Virus record (IMG/VR): IMGVR_UViG_3300048855_000028
Location: 1-27,108 of that record
DNA length: 27,108 nucleotides
Origin: a virus
Lineage: Duplodnaviria; Caudoviricetes
Direction: 5' to 3' (one strand)
The stretch's first letter is position 1, and each line of letters opens with the position of its first letter. Position numbers and translations under genes: made by a program. The notes beneath the pieces were generated by a model. It had not been told where the DNA came from, searched no databases, and was given only the letters and a program-made list of their open reading frames with translations. This document shows, piece after piece, positions 1-7,934 of the stretch.

Positions 1-126
1 TGTGGTCCGTGCAGCGATGCCGGCGGCGAGGGGAAGCGGGTCCAGGTATCCGCCTCGCTGTTTGAAGATGCCGAGATGCTCACCCGAGCAGATCTCGCAG
101 CGTCAGGACGCGCCATAGTATTTTGA
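1..126 (+). CDS. 3' end of a small hypothetical protein (CxxC), convergent with and overlapping the cI 3' end
   Basis: Frame 1 reads CGPCSDAGGEGKRVQVSASLFEDAEMLTRADLAASGRAIVF* (TGA 124-126); start lies outside the window. Confidence 0.35.
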   Translation, partial: CGPCSDAGGEGKRVQVSASLFEDAEMLTRADLAASGRAIVF

Positions 127-787
127 CCTCTCCATTGTCGAACTCGAGATCCGAGGCTGGATTGAATTGTCGGCAGTAGAGGCGGGGGCCCGTTTTTCGG
201 ACCAGACGCTTCAGGAAGCTTTTCGGTGGATCGCCATCGTTTTCCGGATAGAGCTCGACAACCACGTCGTCGCCTGGCGCCGGTGCCCGGTGCTGGACAT
301 AAATCAGCTCGCCGGGCGCAAATCGAGGAACCATGCTCTCGCCTGCGACGTTCAGCGCGGCGACGTTCTTCGCGTTACGGATGCCTGGCGGTCTGCGAAC
401 CTGGTCGATCACGTCGCCGAAATAGAAAAAGCTGTCGTCTCCGCCGACGGTGACGCCGCGAACGTCCATCCATTCTTCGCCAGTATCCGGCCAGCCTTCG
501 CCGACTTTCTCAACCTCGGAAGCCTCAGGGCCGCCGGGACGGATCGTCCGCGACACGGGAGGCGCGATCGGCTTCAGCGTGAAGCCGGGCGGATCCTCCT
601 GGAAAAAATCAGCCATTCTGGCCAGCTCGTCGAGATTGATGTCTCGCGGTTCTTTGTCGCCAACAATCCGCGACACCGCGTCCGGACGGATGCCCAGATG
701 CTTCGCCAAAGCGACCTTCGTTCCGCGGGGAGCGTCGGCGAGTTTGCCGGCCAACCAATCCCGTTGCTCAGCTTGCATTGATTTCAT
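80..787 (-). CDS. cI: CI-like phage repressor: N-terminal HTH plus S24 autopeptidase domain
   Basis: HTH TKVALAKHLGIRPDAVSRIV; S24 motifs VAGESMVPRF (Ser) and FLKRL (Lys); divergent from cro-like gene; start taken as ATG 787 (alternative 778) instead of the ORF-track start at 958. Confidence 0.92.
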   Translation of the reverse strand: MKSMQAEQRDWLAGKLADAPRGTKVALAKHLGIRPDAVSRIVGDKEPRDINLDELARMADFFQEDPPGFTLKPIAPPVSRTIRPGGPEASEVEKVGEGWPDTGEEWMDVRGVTVGGDDSFFYFGDVIDQVRRPPGIRNAKNVAALNVAGESMVPRFAPGELIYVQHRAPAPGDDVVVELYPENDGDPPKSFLKRLVRKTGPRLYCRQFNPASDLEFDNGEVKILWRVLTLRDLLG

Positions 788-795
788 CCGCAATT

Positions 796-875
796 CTTTG
801 CGCGGATCGCAAAGGGGTAATATCGCTAAGATCGCAAAGAGCGCTTGACCTTTGCTTGCGAATATCGCAAAGATT
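796..875. promoter_or_regulatory. Immunity region: operator-like sites TTGCG-N5-CGCAA at 798-812 and 856-870, degenerate copy at 823-837, and TTGACC -35 (845-850) for the rightward promoter
   Basis: CTTTGCG-cggat-CGCAAAG, tcgct-aagat-CGCAAAG and TTGCG-aatat-CGCAAAG within the 94-bp cI-cro gap. Confidence 0.8.
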
Positions 876-881
876 GCAGCC

Positions 882-1136
882 ATGAGAATGGATCCTGCAA
901 AATCGATCTTGGACCGAGTTGGATACGAAACCGCTGCCCGCCTCACGGGGAAGCACATCTCGCGTATCTACAGGTGGACCTATCCGGCCAACCGAGGCGG
1001 GACTGGCGGCGTGATTCCTCACGGGGACGCCATGAAACTGCTGGTACATGCGCGCGATGCGGGCTTGTCGATTGATGAGCTCGATTTCATGAGATCGCCC
1101 GCGCCGGCCAAGGCGCCCGAGGCGATCGCGTCATGA
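882..1136 (+). CDS. cro: Cro-like HTH regulator
   Basis: Small HTH (GYETAARLTGKHISRIYRWT...GGTGGVIP) divergent from cI; ATG 882 or 888. Confidence 0.85.
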   Translation: MRMDPAKSILDRVGYETAARLTGKHISRIYRWTYPANRGGTGGVIPHGDAMKLLVHARDAGLSIDELDFMRSPAPAKAPEAIAS

Positions 1137-1327
1137 CCAACCGCTTCATCCTCAACGATGTGGCGTTCATGGCCGCGCTCGGAGAGCCGCAGCCTGAGCA
1201 GTCAGGCTCTGCGCCCGCTCAAGGCACTCCGCCGGCATCACCATCCAATCTGATTCAGTTCCTCCCGAAGCCTCGCGCTCAAGCCTTTGCGCCAGACGAT
1301 CAAGGGAGTCCGCCAGCATGTGCGTAG
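1133..1327 (+). CDS. Hypothetical 64-aa protein
   Basis: ATGA overlap with the cro stop, but low complexity and overlaps an antisense ORF. Confidence 0.4.
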   Translation: MTNRFILNDVAFMAALGEPQPEQSGSAPAQGTPPASPSNLIQFLPKPRAQAFAPDDQGSPPACA

Positions 1328-1436
1328 GAACGGCGCCGGCCTCCACCAGCAGCGTAACCAGCGCATCGAAGGTCGCTTCGGCGATCATCTGTCTGGTGCC
1401 GCTGATCTCGGCTAGGCGGGCTTCTGTGGCGGTCAC
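1167..1436 (-). CDS. Hypothetical helical 89-aa protein, antisense within the early operon
   Basis: GAGGA SD upstream of GTG 1436; amphipathic sequence (ATFDALVTLLVEAGAVPTHMLADSLDRLAQRLE). Confidence 0.55.
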   Translation of the reverse strand: MTATEARLAEISGTRQMIAEATFDALVTLLVEAGAVPTHMLADSLDRLAQRLEREASGGTESDWMVMPAECLERAQSLTAQAAALRARP

Positions 1437-1519
1437 GGCGGTGTTCCTCACTCTGTCTACAGCCGTGAATAAAACTGAACGCGTGCAGCACAACAATTCA
1501 ATCTGACGGGGGAACGTTG

Positions 1520-1987
1520 ATGAACAGCCGCCCATACAACCGCGCCGACTATCTGGCCATCAAGTCTGCCACCCGCCGGGCCTGCGAGGATGCCGGCCCG
1601 CTGCATTCCATAGCCGACTGCACGCGCTCCGACCCGTCGCAGCTTTCACGCTACGGCAATCCAGAGAAGCCGGAATTCATCCCGCTCGACGTGGCGATGG
1701 ATCTCGACGCGCTGTCCGGGGGTGACCGCCTTCTGCGCGCCTGGGCCGAGCTGCGCGGCTACGAACTCGTCCGTGACGAAAAGGGCGTGGCGATCGAGGA
1801 CATGAACCGGCACATCGGTGCCGTCGGCGTCGAGACTGGCGAATTGATCTCTGAGATGTGCAACGCGATCGCCGATCAAGTCATCACGCCGCGCGAAGCG
1901 GAAGCGATCGAGCGCCGGGCGGAAGACGTTCTCGACAACGTCGCGCTGCTCAAGGCCGACATGCGCCGCATCCGGGCGGTGTCGTGA
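1520..1987 (+). CDS. CII-like phage regulatory protein
   Basis: Position after cro; pattern SQLSRYGNP...FIPLDVAMDLD...DQVITPREA typical of CII-family proteins; GGGGGA SD. Confidence 0.7.
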   Translation: MNSRPYNRADYLAIKSATRRACEDAGPLHSIADCTRSDPSQLSRYGNPEKPEFIPLDVAMDLDALSGGDRLLRAWAELRGYELVRDEKGVAIEDMNRHIGAVGVETGELISEMCNAIADQVITPREAEAIERRAEDVLDNVALLKADMRRIRAVS

Positions 1988-2244
1988 TGGTTCAGCCGCG
2001 CGACGATTGGGAGAAGCCTCGGAGCAAGGGCCAGCACCTGACGGCTGACGAGATCGCTTTCATCAAATCCGAATACCGCAACCGGTCCCCGATCCGTTCG
2101 GTAGCGAGGGCGCTCAAGTGCTCGTCGCGCGTTGTCTCCAAATACTTCGGCTTGTTCAAAGCGGAGGGCGTTCGCGGTGTGCCGTTCGATCCCGCTTTGC
2201 AGCCGACCGCCAGCCGGTTCTACAGATCGAATTTCGAGGTTTAA
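1987..2244 (+). CDS. Small HTH DNA-binding protein
   Basis: TGATG coupling; LTADEIAFIK...SPIRSVARALKCSSRVVSKY HTH pattern. Confidence 0.7.
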   Translation: MVQPRDDWEKPRSKGQHLTADEIAFIKSEYRNRSPIRSVARALKCSSRVVSKYFGLFKAEGVRGVPFDPALQPTASRFYRSNFEV

Positions 2245-2249
2245 TCGCC

Positions 2250-2474
2250 ATGCCCTCCAAGTCCGCAGAAGCAATCGCCCGTAAGAACGCGAAGAAACGG
2301 GCCGCGCGGGCCGCTGAGCGTGTTGCGACCGCATCGCCGCTGCCGCTGGGCATCTCCAAGACGGACCCCGCCTATCGCCGCCGTATGCCGCCGGTGCCGC
2401 ACATGGACTTACCGTCAGAGCGCCGCAACTTCCTGCGCGACGCAGTGCTGAACACGGCCGGAGCGTCGGCATGA
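2250..2474 (+). CDS. Hypothetical basic protein
   Basis: Fills the operon gap; ATGA overlap with the next gene. Confidence 0.6.
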   Translation: MPSKSAEAIARKNAKKRAARAAERVATASPLPLGISKTDPAYRRRMPPVPHMDLPSERRNFLRDAVLNTAGASA

Positions 2475-2872
2475 AATCGCGCAAGATCATTCGGGAAACG
2501 ATGGTCGAACATCAGGTCTGTGCCGAGGATTTTTACGGTCTGTCCCGCTTGCCGCATCTTGTCACCGCGCGGAAGGATTGCGCAGCCCGGTTGAAAGTCG
2601 CCGGGTACGAGGTCTCGCAGATCGGTCGCTTCATGAAGCGCAGCCACTCGACGATCCTGTATTATCTCAATCCGGAATTGCGCGAGCGAAAGCAGAACTA
2701 TTATGCGAAGCGCTGGCAGACGCAGGGCGCGCTGAAATATCTCCCGGAGCATATCCAGGCGATCGTCGTCGAATATGCCAAGGCGACGGACGCGAGCCCC
2801 CGCGCCGTGGTTTCAGAGGTCATTTCTTCATGGGCAGAAAATGAAGAGAGACTCCGAAAGGCCGCCGCATGA
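2471..2872 (+). CDS. DnaA C-terminal (domain IV)-like HTH protein
   Basis: [11 protein letters not shown]...[20 protein letters not shown] resembles the Bac_DnaA_C pattern R..AR...S...IG....RDHTTV. Confidence 0.75.
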   Translation: MKSRKIIRETMVEHQVCAEDFYGLSRLPHLVTARKDCAARLKVAGYEVSQIGRFMKRSHSTILYYLNPELRERKQNYYAKRWQTQGALKYLPEHIQAIVVEYAKATDASPRAVVSEVISSWAENEERLRKAAA

Positions 2873-3291
2873 TCGGCTTCACCCTCACCAACAAGCAGGC
2901 TGAGTGTCTGGCGTTCGTCGACGAGCGGATCAATGAAACCGGTCGGGCGCCGTCGTTTGATGAGGTCGCCGCTGCGCTGAACTTGAAGTCCAAGAGCAAC
3001 GTGCATCGGCTCTACATCGCGCTGGAGCAACGCGGCCGTATTCGCCGCATTCCGGGCGTGGCGCGGGGCATCGAGGTCGTTGACCAGTCCCGCGACCAGC
3101 TTCGCTTCCTGGCGCCCGACGTCCGTCGCTGGGTCATCCTGCGCGCTCAGATGAGCAACAAGCTCCCCGAGACCTGGCTGTCGATGGAGGTGCGCAAAGT
3201 GATGGACCGGGAGATGGCGCAGGGGGCGATTGCCGGCGCCGTAATCGTGGCGGGGCAGGCCAAGGATGCACGGTCGGGGAGGGTGGCATGA
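2869..3291 (+). CDS. LexA N-terminal DNA-binding domain protein lacking the peptidase domain
   Basis: LTNKQ..LAFV....[45 protein letters not shown] closely resembles alphaproteobacterial LexA NTD; C-terminus unrelated. Confidence 0.85.
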   Translation: MIGFTLTNKQAECLAFVDERINETGRAPSFDEVAAALNLKSKSNVHRLYIALEQRGRIRRIPGVARGIEVVDQSRDQLRFLAPDVRRWVILRAQMSNKLPETWLSMEVRKVMDREMAQGAIAGAVIVAGQAKDARSGRVA

Positions 3292-3860
3292 CTTGGCCCT
3301 TCGGCGACCTTCCGATGTTCGGTTACGACGTGATCGTGATTGATCCGCCGACCCGGTTTGAACTCTATTCGGACAAGGGCAACAAGAAGTCCGCCGGGGC
3401 GCAGTACGCCTTGATGTCGTGGCCGGCGCTTCAGGCGCTGCCCGTCGGTCATCTGGCGCGCGCAAATGCCATCGTGCTGCTCTGGGCCTGCCCGCCGACA
3501 CTCGACAAGTCGTTTGACCTGCTGAAGGCATGGGGCGCGCTCTACAAAACCGAGCTGATCTGGGACAAGCGGACCAAGAACGGCAAGCGCCGCATGGGGC
3601 CGGGCTACCGCTCGCGCGGCATGCACGAGTCGATCCTGCTCGGCGTGTTCGCCGACGAGCGGCAGATCCACGACCCGTTCCACGGTGCCATCGAAGGCCT
3701 CGCCCGCGAGCACAGCCGCAAGCCGGAATCCTTCTATGATCAGGTGGTCGCGCGAACGCCGGGCCTTACTCGCTGCGATCTTTTCGGCCGGCAGTCACGC
3801 GTCGGCTTCGACGTGTGGGGCAACGAGTCCACCAAGTTCGACCAACCCGCAGCAGCATAA
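3288..3860 (+). CDS. MT-A70 family adenine methyltransferase
   Basis: [43 protein letters not shown]...GFDVWGNE. Confidence 0.9.
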   Translation: MTWPFGDLPMFGYDVIVIDPPTRFELYSDKGNKKSAGAQYALMSWPALQALPVGHLARANAIVLLWACPPTLDKSFDLLKAWGALYKTELIWDKRTKNGKRRMGPGYRSRGMHESILLGVFADERQIHDPFHGAIEGLAREHSRKPESFYDQVVARTPGLTRCDLFGRQSRVGFDVWGNESTKFDQPAAA

Positions 3861-3869
3861 GGAGCGACC

Positions 3870-4436
3870 ATGGCACGACCGCAACTGGCGACAGTGAACG
3901 AGAACCCGGCACCGCCGCCGATTAACGATTTCGAACTGACGGAGATGGAACGTCGCGCCGTTCTGGCCCGGAAGCTCCATGAGATCGAAGGGCTTGAGGT
4001 CGACAAGAAGGCCATCAGCGACGACATCAAGGAAGTGAAGAAAGAACTGGTCGAGCAGGGCTTCACAAAAAAGGCGATCGACTTCGCGCTGAAACTCCGC
4101 GGCGATGCCGAAGGAAAGATGGTCGAGCAGCGGCAGGCCGAGGCCGAGGTCGCGCGCTTCCTAAACAGCCCTATTGGCTTCGAGCCGGAACTGCCGTTGG
4201 ATCGCACGCCCGTTGTCGATAAGGCATTCGCCGAAGGCGAAATCGCCGGCGCACAGGGTCTCACTTGCACCGCCCCATATCCGACCGGTGCCGAAACAGA
4301 GCAGGGCTGGATCAAGGGCTGGCACCAGGGGCAGGCCACCATCATGAACGCCTTCAAGAAGATCGAAGCCAAGGCGGCTGCGGACGCTCCGGACGATGCC
4401 GACGGCGACGAAGACGAAACCGCCGGCGAGGCCTGA
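3870..4436 (+). CDS. GapR/DUF2312-like N-terminal domain fused to an Rmf-like C-terminal motif
   Basis: AAGGAG SD; IEGLEVDKKAISDDIKEVKKELVEQGFTKKAI..LKLR; AFAEG..AG..G..CTAPY.....WIKGWHQG; acidic tail. Confidence 0.7.
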   Translation: MARPQLATVNENPAPPPINDFELTEMERRAVLARKLHEIEGLEVDKKAISDDIKEVKKELVEQGFTKKAIDFALKLRGDAEGKMVEQRQAEAEVARFLNSPIGFEPELPLDRTPVVDKAFAEGEIAGAQGLTCTAPYPTGAETEQGWIKGWHQGQATIMNAFKKIEAKAAADAPDDADGDEDETAGEA

Positions 4437-4440
4437 TCCG

Positions 4441-4971
4441 GTGATCGTGGCAGGATTCGACATCGCTACCAGCACCGGTGTTGCCGTTCTCGACGGCGCG
4501 CGGGTTGTGCATATCGAATCCTTCCGCGCGACAGGCGATACGGAGGGAGCGGTCTTCCGCTCCTTCCGCAAGTTTTTCCACACGACATTGACGAAGTATG
4601 AGGTCCGGCAGGTTGGAATTGAGCAGGCGCTGGTTACGGACATCAAGGCACCTGATCATCGTCCCAACTCTAAGCCGGGCGACACGCGCAACCCGGTGAC
4701 GATGAAGACCTATCTCCGGCTGTACGGACTCCGTGCCCACGCTGTTGAGATTTGCGAGCGGCTGGGTCTGCCGGTCGTCGAGATCCATCAGTCCACCTGG
4801 CGAAAAGCTTTCACCGGGAACGGCCGGGCGACAAAGGATGACGTCCTAGCGCTAGCTCAGCAGATCGTGCCGGGGCTCAAGTCCAAGGACAGCTCGGACG
4901 CTCTGGGGGTTGCGTGGGCCTTGAACGGACATATCCGGGCACAAAAGCAATTGGCGGGAATGTCGGCATGA
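4441..4971 (+). CDS. RuvC-like Holliday junction resolvase
   Basis: IVAGFDIATSTGVA, VGIEQ, STWRKAFTGNGRATKDDV, DSSDALGVA acidic catalytic pattern; GTG start inferred. Confidence 0.85.
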   Translation: MIVAGFDIATSTGVAVLDGARVVHIESFRATGDTEGAVFRSFRKFFHTTLTKYEVRQVGIEQALVTDIKAPDHRPNSKPGDTRNPVTMKTYLRLYGLRAHAVEICERLGLPVVEIHQSTWRKAFTGNGRATKDDVLALAQQIVPGLKSKDSSDALGVAWALNGHIRAQKQLAGMSA

Positions 4972-5387
4972 ACAGACGGGATAATCGGGCGGCAAAAGCA
5001 TCTGAACGCCGCGGGCTCAAAGGTGACTGGGGCGCATGGCGCAAGACGCCTCTGCCGCATGGTATACCGGGCGCGTCAGGCTGGTGCCGTGAGGTTCGAT
5101 CCGCATGGGCAAACAATCTGTACGCGGTGCTGATCCGACCGCTCAAGGATGCGAACGGCGCTGAGGTCATCCACTTCGCTATTCGCACAGCGTCGCAACT
5201 GGAGCCGCCGTGGCGCGACATGCAGCGCATCAAGAACGAGATTTGCGGGGCAGAATCTACGGCAGTCTCGGTGATGCCTCCGATGACAGAATTGATTGAC
5301 GACGCGGATATGTATCACCTGTGGGTGCTGGGCCAGCCGCTTCCGTTCTCGCTTTCGGCATTCAGGGGCAGCAATGAACGAGTTTGA
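4968..5387 (+). CDS. Conserved phage protein (H.AI...PWRDMQRIKNE..G....AV...P....L.D.ADMYHLW; DUF7694-like)
   Basis: ATGA coupling; recognisable phage motif. Confidence 0.75.
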   Translation: MNRRDNRAAKASERRGLKGDWGAWRKTPLPHGIPGASGWCREVRSAWANNLYAVLIRPLKDANGAEVIHFAIRTASQLEPPWRDMQRIKNEICGAESTAVSVMPPMTELIDDADMYHLWVLGQPLPFSLSAFRGSNERV

Positions 5388-5778
5388 GCAACGGGTGATC
5401 GACCTGCTGACGCGCATCGCTGTTGCGGTCGAAGGAAAGCCAGCAACCAAGGCGCCGCCCGCGCAACTGGCGTTGTTGGACAAGGAAGATGACCGGGTAG
5501 CCCGCGGCAAATATTCGATGGAGTTCGAGCAGTTCTGGAAGGACTACCCGCGGACGCCGACGATGTCGAAACCGGAAACTTGGAAACAGTGGTTGAAGCT
5601 CTCCGCAGAGAACCGGACCGCGGCCAAAGCCGCAATTGAGCCCTATCGGCGATATCTGCGATCGCAGCCGACTTTGAACCCGGTCCATGCATGCCGATTC
5701 CTATCGCAAGAACGCTTCTCCGGCTTCTTCGGCCAGCAAGCGGCCCCGGCGCACAACGGGATGGACGGCCGGATATGA
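5374..5778 (+). CDS. Phage replication protein (replisome-organizer C-terminal-like domain)
   Basis: FEQFWKDYPR....K....KQW.KLS...HACRFLSQERF pattern, immediately upstream of the primase-helicase. Confidence 0.7.
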   Translation: MNEFEQRVIDLLTRIAVAVEGKPATKAPPAQLALLDKEDDRVARGKYSMEFEQFWKDYPRTPTMSKPETWKQWLKLSAENRTAAKAAIEPYRRYLRSQPTLNPVHACRFLSQERFSGFFGQQAAPAHNGMDGRI

Positions 5779-6095
5779 AACGAGACCGTGAGGAGGCGCT
5801 GCGGCGTCTCGCCACTGTCGGGTGCTCACCAGCGAGCTTCAGCGGCGAGCGGACGTTCAGGTGCCCGTCCTGCAGCGACGGGCGGAAGCAAGCCAACAAG
5901 CGCAAGAAATGCCTGTCGGTCAAATCGGACAGCGTCGGGTTCCAGTTTTATTGCCATCACTGCGAAGACATGAGGGGCGGCTTCTACAATGACAGCGAGC
6001 GCACTTATCCTCGGCCCCATCGGCATGAACGCAATCGAGAAGCGCGGGCTCGACCCGGAAATCTGCGTCCGGTTGCAAATCCATACCGGCCGTAG
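5775..6095 (+). CDS. Stand-alone primase zinc-binding domain (T7 gp4/Twinkle type)
   Basis: CPSCS.GRK...KKCLSV......FYCHHC; ATGA coupling to the upstream gene. Confidence 0.75.
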   Translation: MKRDREEALRRLATVGCSPASFSGERTFRCPSCSDGRKQANKRKKCLSVKSDSVGFQFYCHHCEDMRGGFYNDSERTYPRPHRHERNREARARPGNLRPVANPYRP

Positions 6096-7512
6096 CGAGA
6101 ACGGCGATGTCGTCCCGGATCCCCGCGGCAACGTCATCGTGTTCCCTTATTATGAGAACGGCACCGTCGTCGCTGAGAAGTACCGGGCGGCCGGCAAGAA
6201 GTTTTGGCAGAAAGCCGGCGGCCGCAAGACGTTCTTCAATGCCGATATCCTTGACGATCCGTCGCTGCAGGACGGAAGTGCCGCGCTGACGATCACGGAA
6301 GGCGAGCTCGATTGTATTGCGGCGATGTCCTGCGGCTTTCCATTCTCGGTCTCGGTGCCAGATGGTGCGCCGCCGGCCTCAGAGCACAAGGCAGGCGACC
6401 CGATCGACCCAGCCGCCGATGAGACCGGCAAGTTCAGCTATCTCTGGAATAACCGGGAGCGACTTAAACGCATCAAGAAGTTCATCCTCGCAGTCGACAA
6501 TGACGGCCCGGGCCAGCGGTTGGCCGATGAGCTTGTCCGCCGCCTCAGTGCCTCGCGCTGCCTATTCGTGACTTACCCTGAAGGCTGCAAGGACATCAAC
6601 GATGTCCTGATGCAGCACGGGCCGGAAGCCGTCACTGCGGTCCTGAACAGCGCGCAGCACTATCCCGTCAAAGGGGTACATCTCCTTGAGAACTTCCCTG
6701 ACCGGCCGGAGATCGCCACCTACCGCACGGGATGGCTGACGATCGACGAAAACCTGCGCATGTTCGCCCCGTCCTTCACTGTCATCACCGGCCTGCCAGG
6801 GTCCGGTAAGTCGACCTGGTTAACCGGACTAACGGTCAACATGGCCGAGTTGCACGGTTGGAAGTCTGCCATCTTCTCCCCAGAAATGCCGATTGTGCCT
6901 CACCTTCGCGATAAGATGCGCCGCATTGTCGGGCGGAAGTCCATCAGTGGCATGACGAGAGAGCAACTCGCCAACGCCGACCGCTTTATCAACGACCACT
7001 TTGTGTTCATCGACCACGACACCCCGGGCGATGAAGACGAGGATATCACCCTCGAATGGCTGATGGACCGAGCAGCCGATGCTGTCGCTCGCTACGGCGT
7101 TCGGATCCTCGTCATCGATCCTTGGAACGAGGTCGAACATGCCAAGGACTCCCGCGAATCCATGACCGACTATGTGAACCGGTCGCTCCGTCAGCTGAAA
7201 AAGTTCGGGCAGCGATATGGTCTGGCCATCTTCGTCGTCGCTCATCCGACCAAGGACGTCGGCAAGGACGGCAAGTCCCGCGTGCCGACGTTGTACGACA
7301 TCGCGGATAGCTCGGCATTCTTCAATAAGCCCGACCTCGGAATCGTGATCGACACGCCAGACGCCCATTCCAACGAGACCACGGTCTACATCAAAAAGGT
7401 TCGCTTCGAGGGGACCGGGCACAAGGGCGCCGTCAAGATGCGCTTCGACCGTGAGACCAGCCGGTATGAGCTGCTCGACTTCGGCCAGCCGCAGATGGAC
7501 ATGATCGCTTGA
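5989..7512 (+). CDS. Toprim primase plus SF4 (DnaB-like) helicase, Twinkle/T7 gp4-like
   Basis: ITEGELD, VDND, KDINDVL toprim motifs; Walker A GLPGSGKST, Walker B LVIDP, VVAHP, YDIADSS, KVRF. Confidence 0.93.
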   Translation: MTASALILGPIGMNAIEKRGLDPEICVRLQIHTGRSENGDVVPDPRGNVIVFPYYENGTVVAEKYRAAGKKFWQKAGGRKTFFNADILDDPSLQDGSAALTITEGELDCIAAMSCGFPFSVSVPDGAPPASEHKAGDPIDPAADETGKFSYLWNNRERLKRIKKFILAVDNDGPGQRLADELVRRLSASRCLFVTYPEGCKDINDVLMQHGPEAVTAVLNSAQHYPVKGVHLLENFPDRPEIATYRTGWLTIDENLRMFAPSFTVITGLPGSGKSTWLTGLTVNMAELHGWKSAIFSPEMPIVPHLRDKMRRIVGRKSISGMTREQLANADRFINDHFVFIDHDTPGDEDEDITLEWLMDRAADAVARYGVRILVIDPWNEVEHAKDSRESMTDYVNRSLRQLKKFGQRYGLAIFVVAHPTKDVGKDGKSRVPTLYDIADSSAFFNKPDLGIVIDTPDAHSNETTVYIKKVRFEGTGHKGAVKMRFDRETSRYELLDFGQPQMDMIA

Positions 7513-7934
7513 CGCCGCAACTCGCCACCATTTGCGCCGATGTCGGCATCACTGTTGTGCACCCGGCGCAGCATCGGCCTTTCACGCCGATGCAGACCGC
7601 AGCGGGCAACACGCTGGACAAGATCCTGCGCGACCACGGAGAGAACCATCTGCGCGACTTGCTGGCCGTGCTGACCGAGTCCCAGAACAACCGCAACATG
7701 CTGATCGCTCCAGTCATCAAGGCGGTGTCCAGGATCATGGCGGAAAATCCAGGCTGGTACGGCGACGAAGCCAGCGATTTCCTGGATGTGATGGACAGGG
7801 CGGATTTGGCGTCGATGTACGAGAGCGCCAAGCCAAACAAACGGGTGGTGTCGGCACACGATGCCATCGCGACGATGTTGCTAGCAAAATTGAGCAAGAA
7901 ATTCACAGCGAAAGAGCAGGAGCGGTTGCTATGA
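7509..7934 (+). CDS. Hypothetical phage protein
   Basis: TTGA overlap with the helicase stop; ends overlapping the next start. Confidence 0.7.
   Translation: MTPQLATICADVGITVVHPAQHRPFTPMQTAAGNTLDKILRDHGENHLRDLLAVLTESQNNRNMLIAPVIKAVSRIMAENPGWYGDEASDFLDVMDRADLASMYESAKPNKRVVSAHDAIATMLLAKLSKKFTAKEQERLL

Noticed and set aside
788-958. N-terminal extension of cI in the ORF track
   Set aside because: It runs through the operators and cro; the HTH starts after ATG 787/778
1443-1458. Possible SOS box GTTC-ctcactc-tgtc
   Set aside because: Second half-site is poor or misspaced; not called as a feature
7532-7930. Upstream extension of the 356-aa ORF
   Set aside because: Overlaps the 7509-7934 gene out of frame; the SD and motif start point to ATG 7931
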